Notes: generated from the letters alone by a model not told the origin. A stretch of DNA of 64,000 bases from an uncultured Pseudomonadota bacterium (GCA_963736005.1 CAVTNB010000001.1:256001-320000), one strand, 5' to 3'. Shown: positions 1 to 10,277, counted from the first letter of the stretch. Made by a program: numbers and translations.

Positions 1-1908
1 CCTTACTGGCAGCAGATGAACTACGGCAACACGTGGGTTGGTCTGTACTCCGGCCGGCTTCAGGATGAGTCGAACATTTCCACCTCAGGCTTCCCGGCTG
101 GCGCGCTGCCGAACCAGCCCCGGATCGAGGATTGGTTCCTGCCGGCCAACACGAACGCGCCGGTTGGCGCCGGCAACCCATGCATTGGGCCCGCCATGGA
201 CAACTCGTTCACGCAGGGCGCGGCGACAAATATGGGCTGCTATTTGTACTCCTGGATGTTTGCTCATCACCTGTGGCACGGCCACCTTCCCGCGATTCCC
301 AGCACAGGTTTCACGTATGGCACTACGGATTTCCAGCAATATGGGATTGGCTTTCGCGACCAGTGGACGCCCAATGCAAAACTGTTAGTTGATTGGGGCG
401 TTCGTCTCGATGGTCAGAACCTTCGCTGGGGTCCAAATCAGTTTTCAAAGGATCTGAGCAATCCATCTGATGTGGGCATCGGTTATGCTGCGCTTGGGAA
501 TGACTACCTCTACCCGCGAATCGTCGAACCGCGCATCGCCACCAACTACATCTTGGACTCGAATAATAGCGTACGGGCAAGCTACGGTCGATCGATAAGT
601 TTTTTCTTCGCGCAGACCGCTGGAACGCCGACCGGGGCGGCCAACATCGACCCGCTGTTGTATCAGATCCCCGCAAAGGATTCTCCGGGCTATAGCCCTC
701 TTGGGCCGGCATGCGGCAGCGGCTGGCATGGGCCGGGAAGCAATGCCAACGGCAAGTATTATTCGAATCCATGGGTGACGTTTTCCGGCGGGGGAACGCT
801 TGGAATTCCCGGCTATTACTTTTTCTGTCCCAACTATGCCGAATCGGTGTACTGGCTCTTCGACCAAGCCTTCGCAGCGCCGGATATTGGTGGCAGCGCT
901 CCAGCGACGTACAGCAACTTTGATATCGCATGGAGCCATCAATTTCACAACGGTTGGGGTTCAAAACTCACGGGCTACTGGCGCCGCGGATACGGCACCT
1001 ACCAGGTGACCCTGCTCAATGCTGGACCTCCCGATCCTGTGACGGGTCAGCAAAACGCGGGATCCTTTGCCGTTCGCGAGACTGGGGTCCAAAAGGCTTT
1101 CGGGCTTGAGGGTTTTGTGACGACGCCAACGCCGCCCATTGGATGGAGCGGTTTTTTGTCCATGGACTACGTCAACGAGTTGACCAACACGCCGCCCGTG
1201 GCGGGTTCCGATAGTTTGCCCGTCGTCTCGCAATATCTCTACCAGACCGGAACCTTATTCCATCAATACTATCTGCCGCCGTTTTCCGCGGTTGCTGGCT
1301 TCGAGTACAAGCGCAAGGGTTGGCAGTTCAATCCGATCTTTTCCTTCGATTCCGGCGTGCCGTTCGGTGTTGGAAAAACTGCGATCGGCTTTGTGAACGG
1401 CGTCCTCATGCAAATCCCAACCGGAAACCTTGGGGTCGCAACCCCATATGCGGGACCCGGCTTGCCAAACCAATCGTACAACGCGACCTGCTATGTTGAT
1501 CCGGCGTTCCCGGGCAACTACTTCAATCCCAAAGATTATGCGTGTCGGGGATATAACGAGCCCGCGCTCGCAGGGCAAGCGTTCACGAAAGCGCGGCTCT
1601 TCACCGATCTCAACGTCCAATTCACGCACGGCCCCGCGACGCTCGGCTTTTTGATCAGCAACGTCTTCAACAATTATCGTGACGAGCCGACGATCAACAA
1701 CGACTGGCAGCCGCTATCCACCGGCTACGGCGGCTTGCAAACCGGAGAATACGCAAGTGGGTATCCGCAGAACCCCGACGGCACGACGAACGCTTTCTAC
1801 TACCAAGGCGCGAGAGACGAGAGTCAGCACGATGAGTTCTGGCTTCCCTATCAGGAGCTCTACAACCCCGGTAGGACGTGGCGATTCTACATGCAGTACT
1901 CGCTCTAA
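1..1908 (+). CDS. TonB-dependent receptor-like outer-membrane beta-barrel protein, C-terminal part (5' truncated by the window edge)
   Basis: Frame is open from base 1. Amphipathic beta-strand patterns (GFRDQWTPNAKLLVDWGVRLD, EPRIATNY, VRASYGR, ISNVFN). Aromatic-rich terminal strand GRTWRFYMQYSL. Confidence 0.75.
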   Translation, partial: PYWQQMNYGNTWVGLYSGRLQDESNISTSGFPAGALPNQPRIEDWFLPANTNAPVGAGNPCIGPAMDNSFTQGAATNMGCYLYSWMFAHHLWHGHLPAIPSTGFTYGTTDFQQYGIGFRDQWTPNAKLLVDWGVRLDGQNLRWGPNQFSKDLSNPSDVGIGYAALGNDYLYPRIVEPRIATNYILDSNNSVRASYGRSISFFFAQTAGTPTGAANIDPLLYQIPAKDSPGYSPLGPACGSGWHGPGSNANGKYYSNPWVTFSGGGTLGIPGYYFFCPNYAESVYWLFDQAFAAPDIGGSAPATYSNFDIAWSHQFHNGWGSKLTGYWRRGYGTYQVTLLNAGPPDPVTGQQNAGSFAVRETGVQKAFGLEGFVTTPTPPIGWSGFLSMDYVNELTNTPPVAGSDSLPVVSQYLYQTGTLFHQYYLPPFSAVAGFEYKRKGWQFNPIFSFDSGVPFGVGKTAIGFVNGVLMQIPTGNLGVATPYAGPGLPNQSYNATCYVDPAFPGNYFNPKDYACRGYNEPALAGQAFTKARLFTDLNVQFTHGPATLGFLISNVFNNYRDEPTINNDWQPLSTGYGGLQTGEYASGYPQNPDGTTNAFYYQGARDESQHDEFWLPYQELYNPGRTWRFYMQYSL

Positions 1909-1920
1909 GGCGTGAAACGA

Positions 1921-3483
1921 ATGAGACAACCTTTGAGGACGATCGCTCTCGCTGTGTTTGGTTTGTTGCTCGTTGGTTGCAGTGTCGGCGCCACCGGCGG
2001 CCCAACGCTGAACATGAGTTGCAACCCGGCGAGTCCCAGTTGCAGCAGGCTCCAGTTTGCTGTGGGCACGGCGAACATCTACGGGAGCTCGACTGGCCTC
2101 AATGTCGTTTCGACCATGCGCCAACCAAATGGTGAATCGGCTTTGGGCGTCGACACGCCGACGATCAGCGGACCGTTCACCAATTCGAATGCCGCGGTTC
2201 CTGCGGATGGAACGAACCTCGCGGATCCCTACACCTCGATGTTCTATTTCGCGCCTGTTGGGGCAGGCCCGAGTCTGCCGGAGACAACTGCGACAGCACC
2301 AATCATCTCCGGCACTTCGCAGACCGTGCATCCGGGAGCGCCATTTTGCGATACGACGGGCGCCCCACCGGCAGGCTTTACCCAATGCCCCGGTGGTATC
2401 GCCCCGAATACGTCAACATTCGGTCAAAGCGGCGGCGTCTTTGCCATGGGGCTTGCGCCGTACAACGTGGTCGCGAATACCGCGCAGTCGTATAGTTATC
2501 AGCCCTACCCGCAACCGATGTACGACAACGGCAGCGTTCACCCGCAATTTGTGCCGTGGGGGGGACCGCCTGCCTTCGATCCGGATGCCAACGGGATGGG
2601 GACGCGAGACGGTCTGATCATTTTGGGAGCCGATTCGTTTACGTATGGATGGTGTTCGATCAAACCTGGATGCCCATACTTCCTCGGCGTTGGGGAAGGT
2701 GTCACCGTCTTCGAGGGTGTGTCACCGGGAACTGGTTCGTATTCGCTCGCGGTGCAAGTTGGCATCATTGGGAGCAATGGCTCGAAGCAGATCAGCACGC
2801 TGCGAGCGAACGCTGCGCTGAATTCGCTTGTGGTGCTCCCAACGCTGACGGCGCCGCTCGTCACGCCTGATGCCAGCGGCGACGGAGGCGCGACCTTCTC
2901 CGCAGTGCTCCCGGCTGGTGTCACTGAGGCGCTCGTCCAGATCGTCGATTACGGTCCAGGTGCTGGTCCAATCGAGTTTGCGGGCGGGGGGTCGCTCAAC
3001 GCGCCGAACTGCCAAGGTCCCAAGGGTGCGTCGTTCGCACCCGTCTACTATACGGTCGTGGTGCGCGCTTCGGGGGCGTTTACGCTCGCGCCCAATCATG
3101 GACCGAATAATCTTACTGGAGGAAACGGTAGCCTGACGCCAACGCCTTCCATCTGCACCGCCGCGCAGAACAATGCCACAGTCGGAACAAATGCAGGTGA
3201 CAACATCAGCGTGCAAATGATCGGCTTCGATTACCCCGCCTACGAGGCTGCTGTTTCCTTGACGCAAGCTTCCGTTCCGCAGGCTCCGCAGATTACTGGA
3301 GCAGGCGGACAGTCGGATAGCACGATTTCGCTGGGAGCTGAAGAAGACTATCCGGGCTATACGCAATCACCGCTTGCACATCTGCGTCGTCCCTTTGTGT
3401 TCGGCCGGCCGCTTCGAGGCATCATCGCACCGCGGCAGTCCCCGGACGTCTATCGCAAACTCGGCCTCCCCGCGCAAATGTAG
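1921..3483 (+). CDS. Secreted lipoprotein, Gly/Pro/Thr-rich, function unknown; probably co-transcribed with the receptor
   Basis: Signal peptide with lipobox LLVG-C. Starts 12 nt after the receptor stop (alternative GTG at 1912). Paired cysteines. Confidence 0.7.
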   Translation: MRQPLRTIALAVFGLLLVGCSVGATGGPTLNMSCNPASPSCSRLQFAVGTANIYGSSTGLNVVSTMRQPNGESALGVDTPTISGPFTNSNAAVPADGTNLADPYTSMFYFAPVGAGPSLPETTATAPIISGTSQTVHPGAPFCDTTGAPPAGFTQCPGGIAPNTSTFGQSGGVFAMGLAPYNVVANTAQSYSYQPYPQPMYDNGSVHPQFVPWGGPPAFDPDANGMGTRDGLIILGADSFTYGWCSIKPGCPYFLGVGEGVTVFEGVSPGTGSYSLAVQVGIIGSNGSKQISTLRANAALNSLVVLPTLTAPLVTPDASGDGGATFSAVLPAGVTEALVQIVDYGPGAGPIEFAGGGSLNAPNCQGPKGASFAPVYYTVVVRASGAFTLAPNHGPNNLTGGNGSLTPTPSICTAAQNNATVGTNAGDNISVQMIGFDYPAYEAAVSLTQASVPQAPQITGAGGQSDSTISLGAEEDYPGYTQSPLAHLRRPFVFGRPLRGIIAPRQSPDVYRKLGLPAQM

Positions 3484-3505
3484 GGGGCGATTGGAAAATC
3501 GCCCC
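3480..3505 (+). repeat. REP-like GTAG palindrome
   Basis: GTAG-GGGGCGATT-GGAA-AATCGCCCC; the TAG is the lipoprotein stop codon. Confidence 0.7.
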
Positions 3506-3514
3506 TCGACGAGA

Positions 3515-5671
3515 TCAGTCTGTAGGGTGAGCTTCGAAAAGTCTTCCGCGAATAACGGTGATGGACATCGGGGAGATCAAAAAGGCTTGCCGATAGCGGA
3601 CATTAACGGTTGTCTCCTTGGGTCCAGTGTTTGGCCACGGGATCTCGGTTGCCGAGTTGCCGCTCCATGCGTACTGGTCGGCGCCGAAAGTGACGACTTG
3701 CGTGGATCCGCTGAATGTTCCAACTTCTGTCTCGCTTGGAAATTCGATGACCACTTGGTGTGACTCGGTATCCTTGTTAACAAGCATGATCGACCATTGG
3801 CCGTCTGGCCTTTTCGCCGCATAAGCGGTGACTGGCGGATTGTCCATATGCGGTGTGATGTTCACCTTGTAGAGTTCATGTTCTAAATCGCCTGGTTCCA
3901 ACCACTGCTGAGCAAGCATTTGGGCTCCGTAGAATTGCGCTGCATTGGCAAGGATCTTGAAATTCTGGTCCACGATGAACATGCCGTAGCCGCCCCATTT
4001 GTTGCACTCGCGACTATGGCCGAGCGGTTCGGCTTCGTATTGATAGTAGTTAATGCCCGAGACACCATACGAGAGGGCCGTGCCAATCCAGTCGGCCATC
4101 CACAAAGCGCCTGAGATTTGCTTTGGCACCGGGCCACCGTTATTTGCAAAGTTTGACTCAGTAATATACATGGGGACACTCGGCGGCAAGCCGTCGTTGT
4201 GCCAAGCATCAATGACTTGACGCACGAGCGATGGTTCGCGCAGCAGATCCATACGCAACGTTACGCCCTGATCGCACCCGCGAAACGGGTAGTGCTCGAA
4301 TGACATGAACGCGAGGTCGTGCATTCGTCCGTGCAATCGTAGATAGTTGAGGAAGCGCCGAAACCATGAGTCATCGCCTTGCGCGTCGCTCCAAACTTTG
4401 ATGTCGGAGTTCACGCCTTGAAAGACTGGCCCCCCGAGTTTGGCTGATGGATCGACGGCGTGAATGGCTTTTGCAAACTGAACGTAGAGCGCAGCGTAAT
4501 CCTCGGGCATCGCGTACTGACCATCCACCTCCTCACCCATCTCGATGTGGTCGAGCGGATACCCCCTGGCTTTGAGATAGCGAATTTCAGCGACTGCGTT
4601 CTCAGGCGTGCTATAGAGCATTGGGATTGGGTACATCATCGGTAGGCCGCGCGTGATAGCATTGCGGGAAACAATGTCAAGGCCCGGCTGATCCTGCCCC
4701 GTGCGGATTTGATCCGCCGCCGTATGCCAAGGATCGATCGACGACACAAAAATGACGGTCTGGTGATGCTTGCACTCACGCTCGCTCTCGGGGTTGCCGC
4801 CACAGATCGAATGCACGAGGATGTCATGCAAGACCCCGTGGGCATCGAGCTGTCCAAGATAGATTTCTTGGATGGCGTAGCCTACGCAGTTGCGCCGGTC
4901 TTGCGCGCCATGCGTGTCGCAGGTATTCGACGAGCTGGTCATCCAGATCCGAAGGAACCGAACTAAGATTGGCGATGGCGCAAGCCTCAGCTGGGCAATG
5001 CCGCCTCGTCCCTGAACGACCGTTCCACCCGGAAAGTCGTGCCAGGTTCCGCTGCCTTGGTCCAAAATCGCGTCGCCACCCGTCCAAAATTGAACCTTGT
5101 ATTGCGTGGCATACGGATCGACCCACTCGATGCGAATGGCGTCTATCGGTTTTGGATGAATCAAGTCGATCACTGCCCACTGTGGGTGCTGATCGTCAGG
5201 TTCGCCCGTGTAAGGGTGAGTGAGATAGGGATCGCTCTTCCAATAGGTGTTTGGATCTCCGTCATCGATGCGCGAATAATTGTTGTCGTCCCCTTGATCT
5301 TCGGTTGAGCCGCGATGTGGTAGCATGTAGCCGAAAGAGTCGACGATCTCCGGGCTCTTCGGGGACACGCTGCTCACCCAGTAACCTTGCTTGTGGGCCG
5401 GATCGGAAAACTGTCCGACCGGGTTCCAATGCCAATCTTGGATGGAGAGTTCGGTATACAACCGGTAGCTCACAACACCTAAACCGGCGCCCAGCATCAG
5501 GTTGGTCCGCGGCTTCGAATACAAAAATGGGACCTTGCCTGCGTCGTCGGAATCGATGCCGACGCCAACCGCATGCAACGGTCTTATGGTGTTGACGACG
5601 TGGTTTGTGTCCACGCTTATCGTGATGATCGCGCTTGCGGCTACTGTCGCAGCAAGAACAAGAAAATTCAT
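3515..5671 (-). CDS. Secreted glycoside hydrolase (clan GH-A-like TIM barrel) with an inserted discoidin/F5-8 type C (CBM32-like) domain
   Basis: Signal peptide. Discoidin motifs (DDGDPNTYWKS, QWAVIDL, VRFLRIWM). Acid/base-like IEMGEEVDG, LGGP, SFEHYP, nucleophile-like YITES. Confidence 0.7.
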   Translation of the reverse strand: MNFLVLAATVAASAIITISVDTNHVVNTIRPLHAVGVGIDSDDAGKVPFLYSKPRTNLMLGAGLGVVSYRLYTELSIQDWHWNPVGQFSDPAHKQGYWVSSVSPKSPEIVDSFGYMLPHRGSTEDQGDDNNYSRIDDGDPNTYWKSDPYLTHPYTGEPDDQHPQWAVIDLIHPKPIDAIRIEWVDPYATQYKVQFWTGGDAILDQGSGTWHDFPGGTVVQGRGGIAQLRLAPSPILVRFLRIWMTSSSNTCDTHGAQDRRNCVGYAIQEIYLGQLDAHGVLHDILVHSICGGNPESERECKHHQTVIFVSSIDPWHTAADQIRTGQDQPGLDIVSRNAITRGLPMMYPIPMLYSTPENAVAEIRYLKARGYPLDHIEMGEEVDGQYAMPEDYAALYVQFAKAIHAVDPSAKLGGPVFQGVNSDIKVWSDAQGDDSWFRRFLNYLRLHGRMHDLAFMSFEHYPFRGCDQGVTLRMDLLREPSLVRQVIDAWHNDGLPPSVPMYITESNFANNGGPVPKQISGALWMADWIGTALSYGVSGINYYQYEAEPLGHSRECNKWGGYGMFIVDQNFKILANAAQFYGAQMLAQQWLEPGDLEHELYKVNITPHMDNPPVTAYAAKRPDGQWSIMLVNKDTESHQVVIEFPSETEVGTFSGSTQVVTFGADQYAWSGNSATEIPWPNTGPKETTVNVRYRQAFLISPMSITVIRGRLFEAHPTD

Positions 5672-5687
5672 ATCGCATCCCCGACGG

Positions 5688-7967
5688 CTAGCCGCACGAT
5701 CTCAAATCTCCAGGGATTCGACCACGAAGCACGGTGAGAGATTGTGCAGGAAGTGTAAAGAGGGTCTCAGAGTTTGGTGCTTGCCACCTGACAAGGCACG
5801 GCCGGAAAGTGGGTGCAGTGATCGTTGCTGACATCGGTCCCTCATCTGGAGCCGGAACAGAGCGTGATCCGCGCGAGCGCCACACGTATTGTCTAGATCC
5901 AAACGTTACTTGGATCACGTCGTTGACGAACGTTTCTGATCCAGGCTGCTGGGGCGAAACAAATCGAAGGTCAACAGTGTGCGCCTGCACATCCTTATTG
6001 ATGAGCAAGACGGACCACTCGTCCCAATTAGACTCCGCGCGCTTTGCGGCGTAGGCGGTCACGAGAGCATAACCGCCGCGTTGAATATTTGTTGTCGTTG
6101 AATAGAGCGTGAAGGTTGCCCTTGACGGTGCAAGCCACTTCTCAGCGAGCATCTGGGCTGCGAAAAATTGAGCGCCGAGCGCGCGGATATGCGCGTGGCC
6201 GTCAGCCACAAACATAGTGAGGTTTCCCCAATCACTTGGACAATCCGCGTTTTGGGTAAGCGGCACCGGTTCGTACTGATAGTAAACCGCTCCGCTAACG
6301 CCATTTGCGAGAGCGCTCGCCATGTAGTCGGCTTGCCAGAGCGCTCCCTCGATCTGCATGGGCACTTGGGTGAAATTGACCGCCGAGAAGTTCGCCTCGC
6401 TGATGTATATTGGCACGTTCGTCGGCAACCCGTCGGAGCGCCACTGGTTCACGATGCCCTTCATGATCGAGGGTTCCTGAAGAAGATCTTGCTGCAACAC
6501 TGCTCCCCGATCGCAGCCACCGAACGGGTAATGTTCGAACGACATGAACGCGAGCTGCTGCATCTGGCCGTGCGAGCGCAGGTAGTTCAAGAAGCGGTTG
6601 AGCCACGAGATGTTGCCCTGCGCGTCTGACCAGGTCTGCAATTCAGAGTTGACGCCCGAAAAAACAGGACCGCCCAGCTTCAGCGCTGGATAAATTGCAT
6701 GAATCGCCTTCGCCCACTGCACGTAGAGGGCGGCATAGTCTTCCGGTTGCGTGTACTGTCCGTCGGGCTCCTCGCCGAGCTCGATGAACGCTACCGGATA
6801 ATCGCGCGCCTTGAGATAACGGATTTCATTGACCGCATTCTGAGGCGTGCTATAGAGCATAGGGACTGGATACATCGCGCCGATTTCTCGCGTGAGTCCG
6901 CTGCGGGCGATCAGATCGAGCCCCGGTTGCTCCTGATTCTTCACGCGATTTGCGCTTGTGTGCCAAGGGTCAACCGATGAAACGTACGTTGCGGTTTGGC
7001 GCCAACCGCAGGCATACTTTTGGGGATTCGCGCCGCCGCACGGTGCATGGTGAACGTAGTCGCTAAAGCGGCCCGTTCTGGTTACGTTTCCTATGAAGAT
7101 CTCGTTCATGGCGTAGCCGACGCAGTTACGGCCATCAGAGCTACCGTGTGAGTCGCACGTGTTCGAGGAACCGGTCATTAGCACTCGTACGAAACGTGCG
7201 GGAATGGGCACCTTGCCGAATTGCGACAAAGCTGTTCCACCACGCCCGTTTGCGACCAGACCGGAAGGGAAGGTCTGCCAGTCGCCTACGCCGGGATTGT
7301 TGATGGCATCATCGCCTGTCCAGTATTCGATCCGATAGTTAGTAGCGTACGGATTGCTCCAATCGATTCGGACCGCATTGACTGGGCGCGGTTGCCCTAA
7401 ATCGACCACAACCCACTGGGGATGTTGGCCATCCGGATCGCCGGTAAATCGCCGAGTGAGGTATGGATCGCTTTTCCAGTACGTCTTTGGGTTGCCATCG
7501 TCAAGACGCGAGTAGTCTTCGTTGTTACCCTGATCGGTTGTAAAACCTCGGTGGGGCAGCCGATAGCCAAAAGAGTCGCTGATCAGAGCGTTTGAGATGT
7601 GGTCGCCTGAAACCCAATAGCCCTGCGTACCCTCACTGAAGGTGCCTGCGGGATTCCAGTGCCAATCTTGGACAGAAAGCTCTGTGAAGAGCCTGTAGCT
7701 CAGCCAACCAAGTCCGGCCGCCAACATCTGCCTGACGTTACGCTTTGAGTAAAGAGACGGAATGCTGCCAGCCGGCTCTTTGTCAACTGTCGAACCGAGC
7801 GCGACCAGCGGACGAATAACTTGAATCGGCCGCGTGCGATCGATTTGGACCAACTCAGCCGTCGCCGAGGGAGCGGGCGTTGGTGTGGGCGTTTCTGCGG
7901 CGCGCGTGGCCGCGGGAGCCAGGCTCACAACCAAAGAAAATACGAGCGCCAACAGCAGCGAGCGCAT
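5688..7967 (-). CDS. Secreted glycoside hydrolase with discoidin domain; paralog of 3515-5671
   Basis: Shares long identical blocks with the neighbour (SYRLxTELSxQDWHWNP, TYWKSDPYLT, MLYSTP, PEDYAALYVQ, AFMSFEHYPF). Signal peptide from ATG 7967. Confidence 0.7.
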   Translation of the reverse strand: MRSLLLALVFSLVVSLAPAATRAAETPTPTPAPSATAELVQIDRTRPIQVIRPLVALGSTVDKEPAGSIPSLYSKRNVRQMLAAGLGWLSYRLFTELSVQDWHWNPAGTFSEGTQGYWVSGDHISNALISDSFGYRLPHRGFTTDQGNNEDYSRLDDGNPKTYWKSDPYLTRRFTGDPDGQHPQWVVVDLGQPRPVNAVRIDWSNPYATNYRIEYWTGDDAINNPGVGDWQTFPSGLVANGRGGTALSQFGKVPIPARFVRVLMTGSSNTCDSHGSSDGRNCVGYAMNEIFIGNVTRTGRFSDYVHHAPCGGANPQKYACGWRQTATYVSSVDPWHTSANRVKNQEQPGLDLIARSGLTREIGAMYPVPMLYSTPQNAVNEIRYLKARDYPVAFIELGEEPDGQYTQPEDYAALYVQWAKAIHAIYPALKLGGPVFSGVNSELQTWSDAQGNISWLNRFLNYLRSHGQMQQLAFMSFEHYPFGGCDRGAVLQQDLLQEPSIMKGIVNQWRSDGLPTNVPIYISEANFSAVNFTQVPMQIEGALWQADYMASALANGVSGAVYYQYEPVPLTQNADCPSDWGNLTMFVADGHAHIRALGAQFFAAQMLAEKWLAPSRATFTLYSTTTNIQRGGYALVTAYAAKRAESNWDEWSVLLINKDVQAHTVDLRFVSPQQPGSETFVNDVIQVTFGSRQYVWRSRGSRSVPAPDEGPMSATITAPTFRPCLVRWQAPNSETLFTLPAQSLTVLRGRIPGDLRSCG

Positions 7968-8251
7968 GTGCCGGCACATTCATGGCGAAACGCCAACACC
8001 CTTCGCCTCCTTTACAGCAACCCGTTGCGCTTGACGTCGCCCGGCCAGCGGGGATAGGGGGGTAAACGAGCAAGAACTTGGAGCCCTATAGGCGAACGAA
8101 CGTCAGTCGCGCTCGTCTCTCGCGTGCGCGCCTAGGGTTGTCGCACTCCGGGTCGAAGCCAATATTCAGGCGACATTTACCGACTGGTTGGCTTTTCAAG
8201 GGTGGGTAATGATTCGCAATGAGTTTGCAATGAAACGCGTGGAATGAAGTC

Positions 8252-8548
8252 ATGCAGAAAATGACGGATGAAAATGCCCGAGAGGCGCTTCATACTCTCT
8301 CAAACGAGAGACCGAAGTACTCGAACAGCGAGTTGTTTGAGTTTGCTGCTACCTTGGGGTCCCTAGAATGTCCCCACGCCGATTTAGCCGTGGCGTTCGC
8401 GGCATATGCGGGGATGAACATCGAGACGATCTGTTCGGCGTGGGAGTATCGGTTCTACAATCTGAGCGCCCCCGAAGATAACCGGGGAAAGGCGCTGGCA
8501 AAGTTTGAGGAAATCGTGGCGCTGATAAAGCGGAACATCGGCACATAA
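8252..8548 (+). CDS. Hypothetical protein (98 aa)
   Basis: ATG-started ORF with protein-like composition; no recognised motif. Confidence 0.5.
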   Translation: MQKMTDENAREALHTLSNERPKYSNSELFEFAATLGSLECPHADLAVAFAAYAGMNIETICSAWEYRFYNLSAPEDNRGKALAKFEEIVALIKRNIGT

Positions 8549-8579
8549 CACATCGTCAGCGAACCGCCACCGTCTGCGT

Positions 8580-8813
8580 TTAGCGTTCCAAGCGCTGGCG
8601 CAATAAAGTAATAGCTGCGTTCACGTTCCCGGTGAGGTCGCTTCCGCATTTCGGGCATCGTAAGAGATCCCCAGATTGAAACGCATTGATGACGTTTCGC
8701 GCTTCCTCGTCGGAGAATTGCGTCGCAGTGAGGCCGCAGTGCGTGCACTTAAAAGGTGCGGGCTCTTTCAAAAGAACATCCCTTGCTGGCGTGATGCTGT
8801 CGTGCCACATCAT
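8580..8813 (-). CDS. Small zinc-ribbon-like hypothetical protein
   Basis: Two CxxC pairs (CTHCG, CPKCG) in 77 aa. Confidence 0.5.
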   Translation of the reverse strand: MMWHDSITPARDVLLKEPAPFKCTHCGLTATQFSDEEARNVINAFQSGDLLRCPKCGSDLTGNVNAAITLLRQRLER

Positions 8814-9294
8814 TAGTCATTGGCCCCCGGTCTTCCGTGGCGAAGACACCGTCTAAAAGAGCGGCATCGCCGGGACACGTTGGCCTTGGGTGGCAAGTCT
8901 CAGCGAATGGCCACTTGCCAAAGGAGCCACCATCCGATGATCAGGGCGGAGAGCATTTCAACCGAGAATGCGTAGGGTCGCCTCGGCGCGCCTTGGCAAA
9001 CGGTCGCAACGAGGGCATACGTGTCACAGTCAGCGCAGTTTGGAAACACAAGCATAGGTCTGGCGCTCCGTCTTTAAGAGTAAGAGAAACCCAGCTTAGG
9101 TTTGTTTCCCTGTTCCCGGCCTCGAGAAACCTAACCGAAATTCTTGAGACTTTCGGACTAGCCGTCCTCAAGGTGTCACTGCGGGAGCCCGCCGCACCAG
9201 CCGCAAACTTAAGAACTCAATCGCTCGAAAGGCCGAGCGAGGAAGCGCGATGAGGCGTTCGTTTTCCTAAAGTGATTGCCAGCAGGAGTACTTC

Positions 9295-9396
9295 ATGTAC
9301 AGCACACCGAGAATCATCGCTTCGCTCGATGCCACAGTCATATTGTCAGAGGCCCTGGGTGGGTGCGCGAGTCAGTGCCCGCCTCCTTTCGCCTAG
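9295..9396 (+). CDS. Putative RiPP-like precursor peptide 1, MYSTPRIIASLDATVILSEALGGCASQCPPPFA (33 aa; not in the ORF track)
   Basis: AGGAG RBS just upstream of the ATG, terminator downstream, 13/22 leader identity to the peptide at 11433. Confidence 0.8.
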   Translation: MYSTPRIIASLDATVILSEALGGCASQCPPPFA

Positions 9397-9421
9397 AGCC
9401 AAGGGATCAGTAGCAATCGAC

Positions 9422-9471
9422 GCAAGAAGGGGAGCGAAGTCGCTAAGACAGGATTCCCCTTCTTGTTTTTT
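9422..9471 (+). terminator. Intrinsic terminator between peptide 1 and the convergent DUF6065-like gene
   Basis: GCAAGAAGGGGA / TCCCCTTCTTGT stem followed by a T-tract. Confidence 0.7.
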
Positions 9472-9479
9472 AGGCGCGC

Positions 9480-10238
9480 TTACTCAGAAAAGCGTTTTAG
9501 GTTCAGTTTTTGGCGGTGGTGAAGTGCTTTGGTGCCGTCCGGGCTCGTGCCGAGCATATAGTGTTTCTGCCAAGTTGCGGGCTGCTGACCCTGATCCTTG
9601 GGGTGCACGGGCTTCATGAACTCAGCTCGACTCGTGCGCCAGGCGAAATAGGACTCTTTCAACCTTGAATTCTTCTCGAGGGACTCGAGTCGCGGTTCAA
9701 ACCGTTCGATATCCGCCAATCTTGTTGGCACAAGCATGGCAATCGGCTCATCGATCTCAAAACGAACTTTGTGCTTCGGCCTCGTGATCTGCCAGTTCAT
9801 CGTAAAAGGGGCCACAGACCAAGACGTTTCAACAATCCCTTCGAGCGGCACGATGCCATCTTTTGGCAGATTCGCCGGACCCCGCACCATCAAGTCGAAG
9901 GCTTGTGAAGTTCTAAAGAGATAGGGCAAGCTGAACGTGAGGATACCATACCCAAAATGACTCGAAGCCCAGGTGGGACCTGTGCCGCGAAGATATCGAA
10001 TCCGCAATGACGCTTGATCGCGGCCACCCTTCCATTCCGCTTCAAACGCGCGGTTGTTCAAGATGAACCAGCCAGCTTGATTTGCGATCAAGAGCGGCAA
10101 GCAGCGGTTAGCAAAACGCCCCGGCAATGATTCGATCCATCCGCGCATTCGCGGGGCAGGCTCGATTTTGAGGTCATCGTCACTCTTGCGGTAGGCGATG
10201 AGCTCGTGCTCATCACGTTTGTCTTCGCGAGTGTCCAT
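9480..10238 (-). CDS. DUF6065-like protein
   Basis: Motifs PAPxxRxW, RCLPLxxANxxGW, SHFGYGILTF, GPANLPKDGIxPLEGIVET, FTMNW and WQKHY, as I recall them for this family. Confidence 0.75.
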   Translation of the reverse strand: MDTREDKRDEHELIAYRKSDDDLKIEPAPRMRGWIESLPGRFANRCLPLLIANQAGWFILNNRAFEAEWKGGRDQASLRIRYLRGTGPTWASSHFGYGILTFSLPYLFRTSQAFDLMVRGPANLPKDGIVPLEGIVETSWSVAPFTMNWQITRPKHKVRFEIDEPIAMLVPTRLADIERFEPRLESLEKNSRLKESYFAWRTSRAEFMKPVHPKDQGQQPATWQKHYMLGTSPDGTKALHHRQKLNLKRFSE

Positions 10239-10277
10239 CTTCAGTGTAACAGGTGCTGCCTCGCCTTTTGTGGACCC

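Noticed and set aside
8837..9619. Track ORFs 8837-9253, 8941-9171 and 9272-9619
   Set aside because: No RBS or motifs; 9272-9619 runs through peptide 1, its terminator and the antisense DUF6065-like gene.
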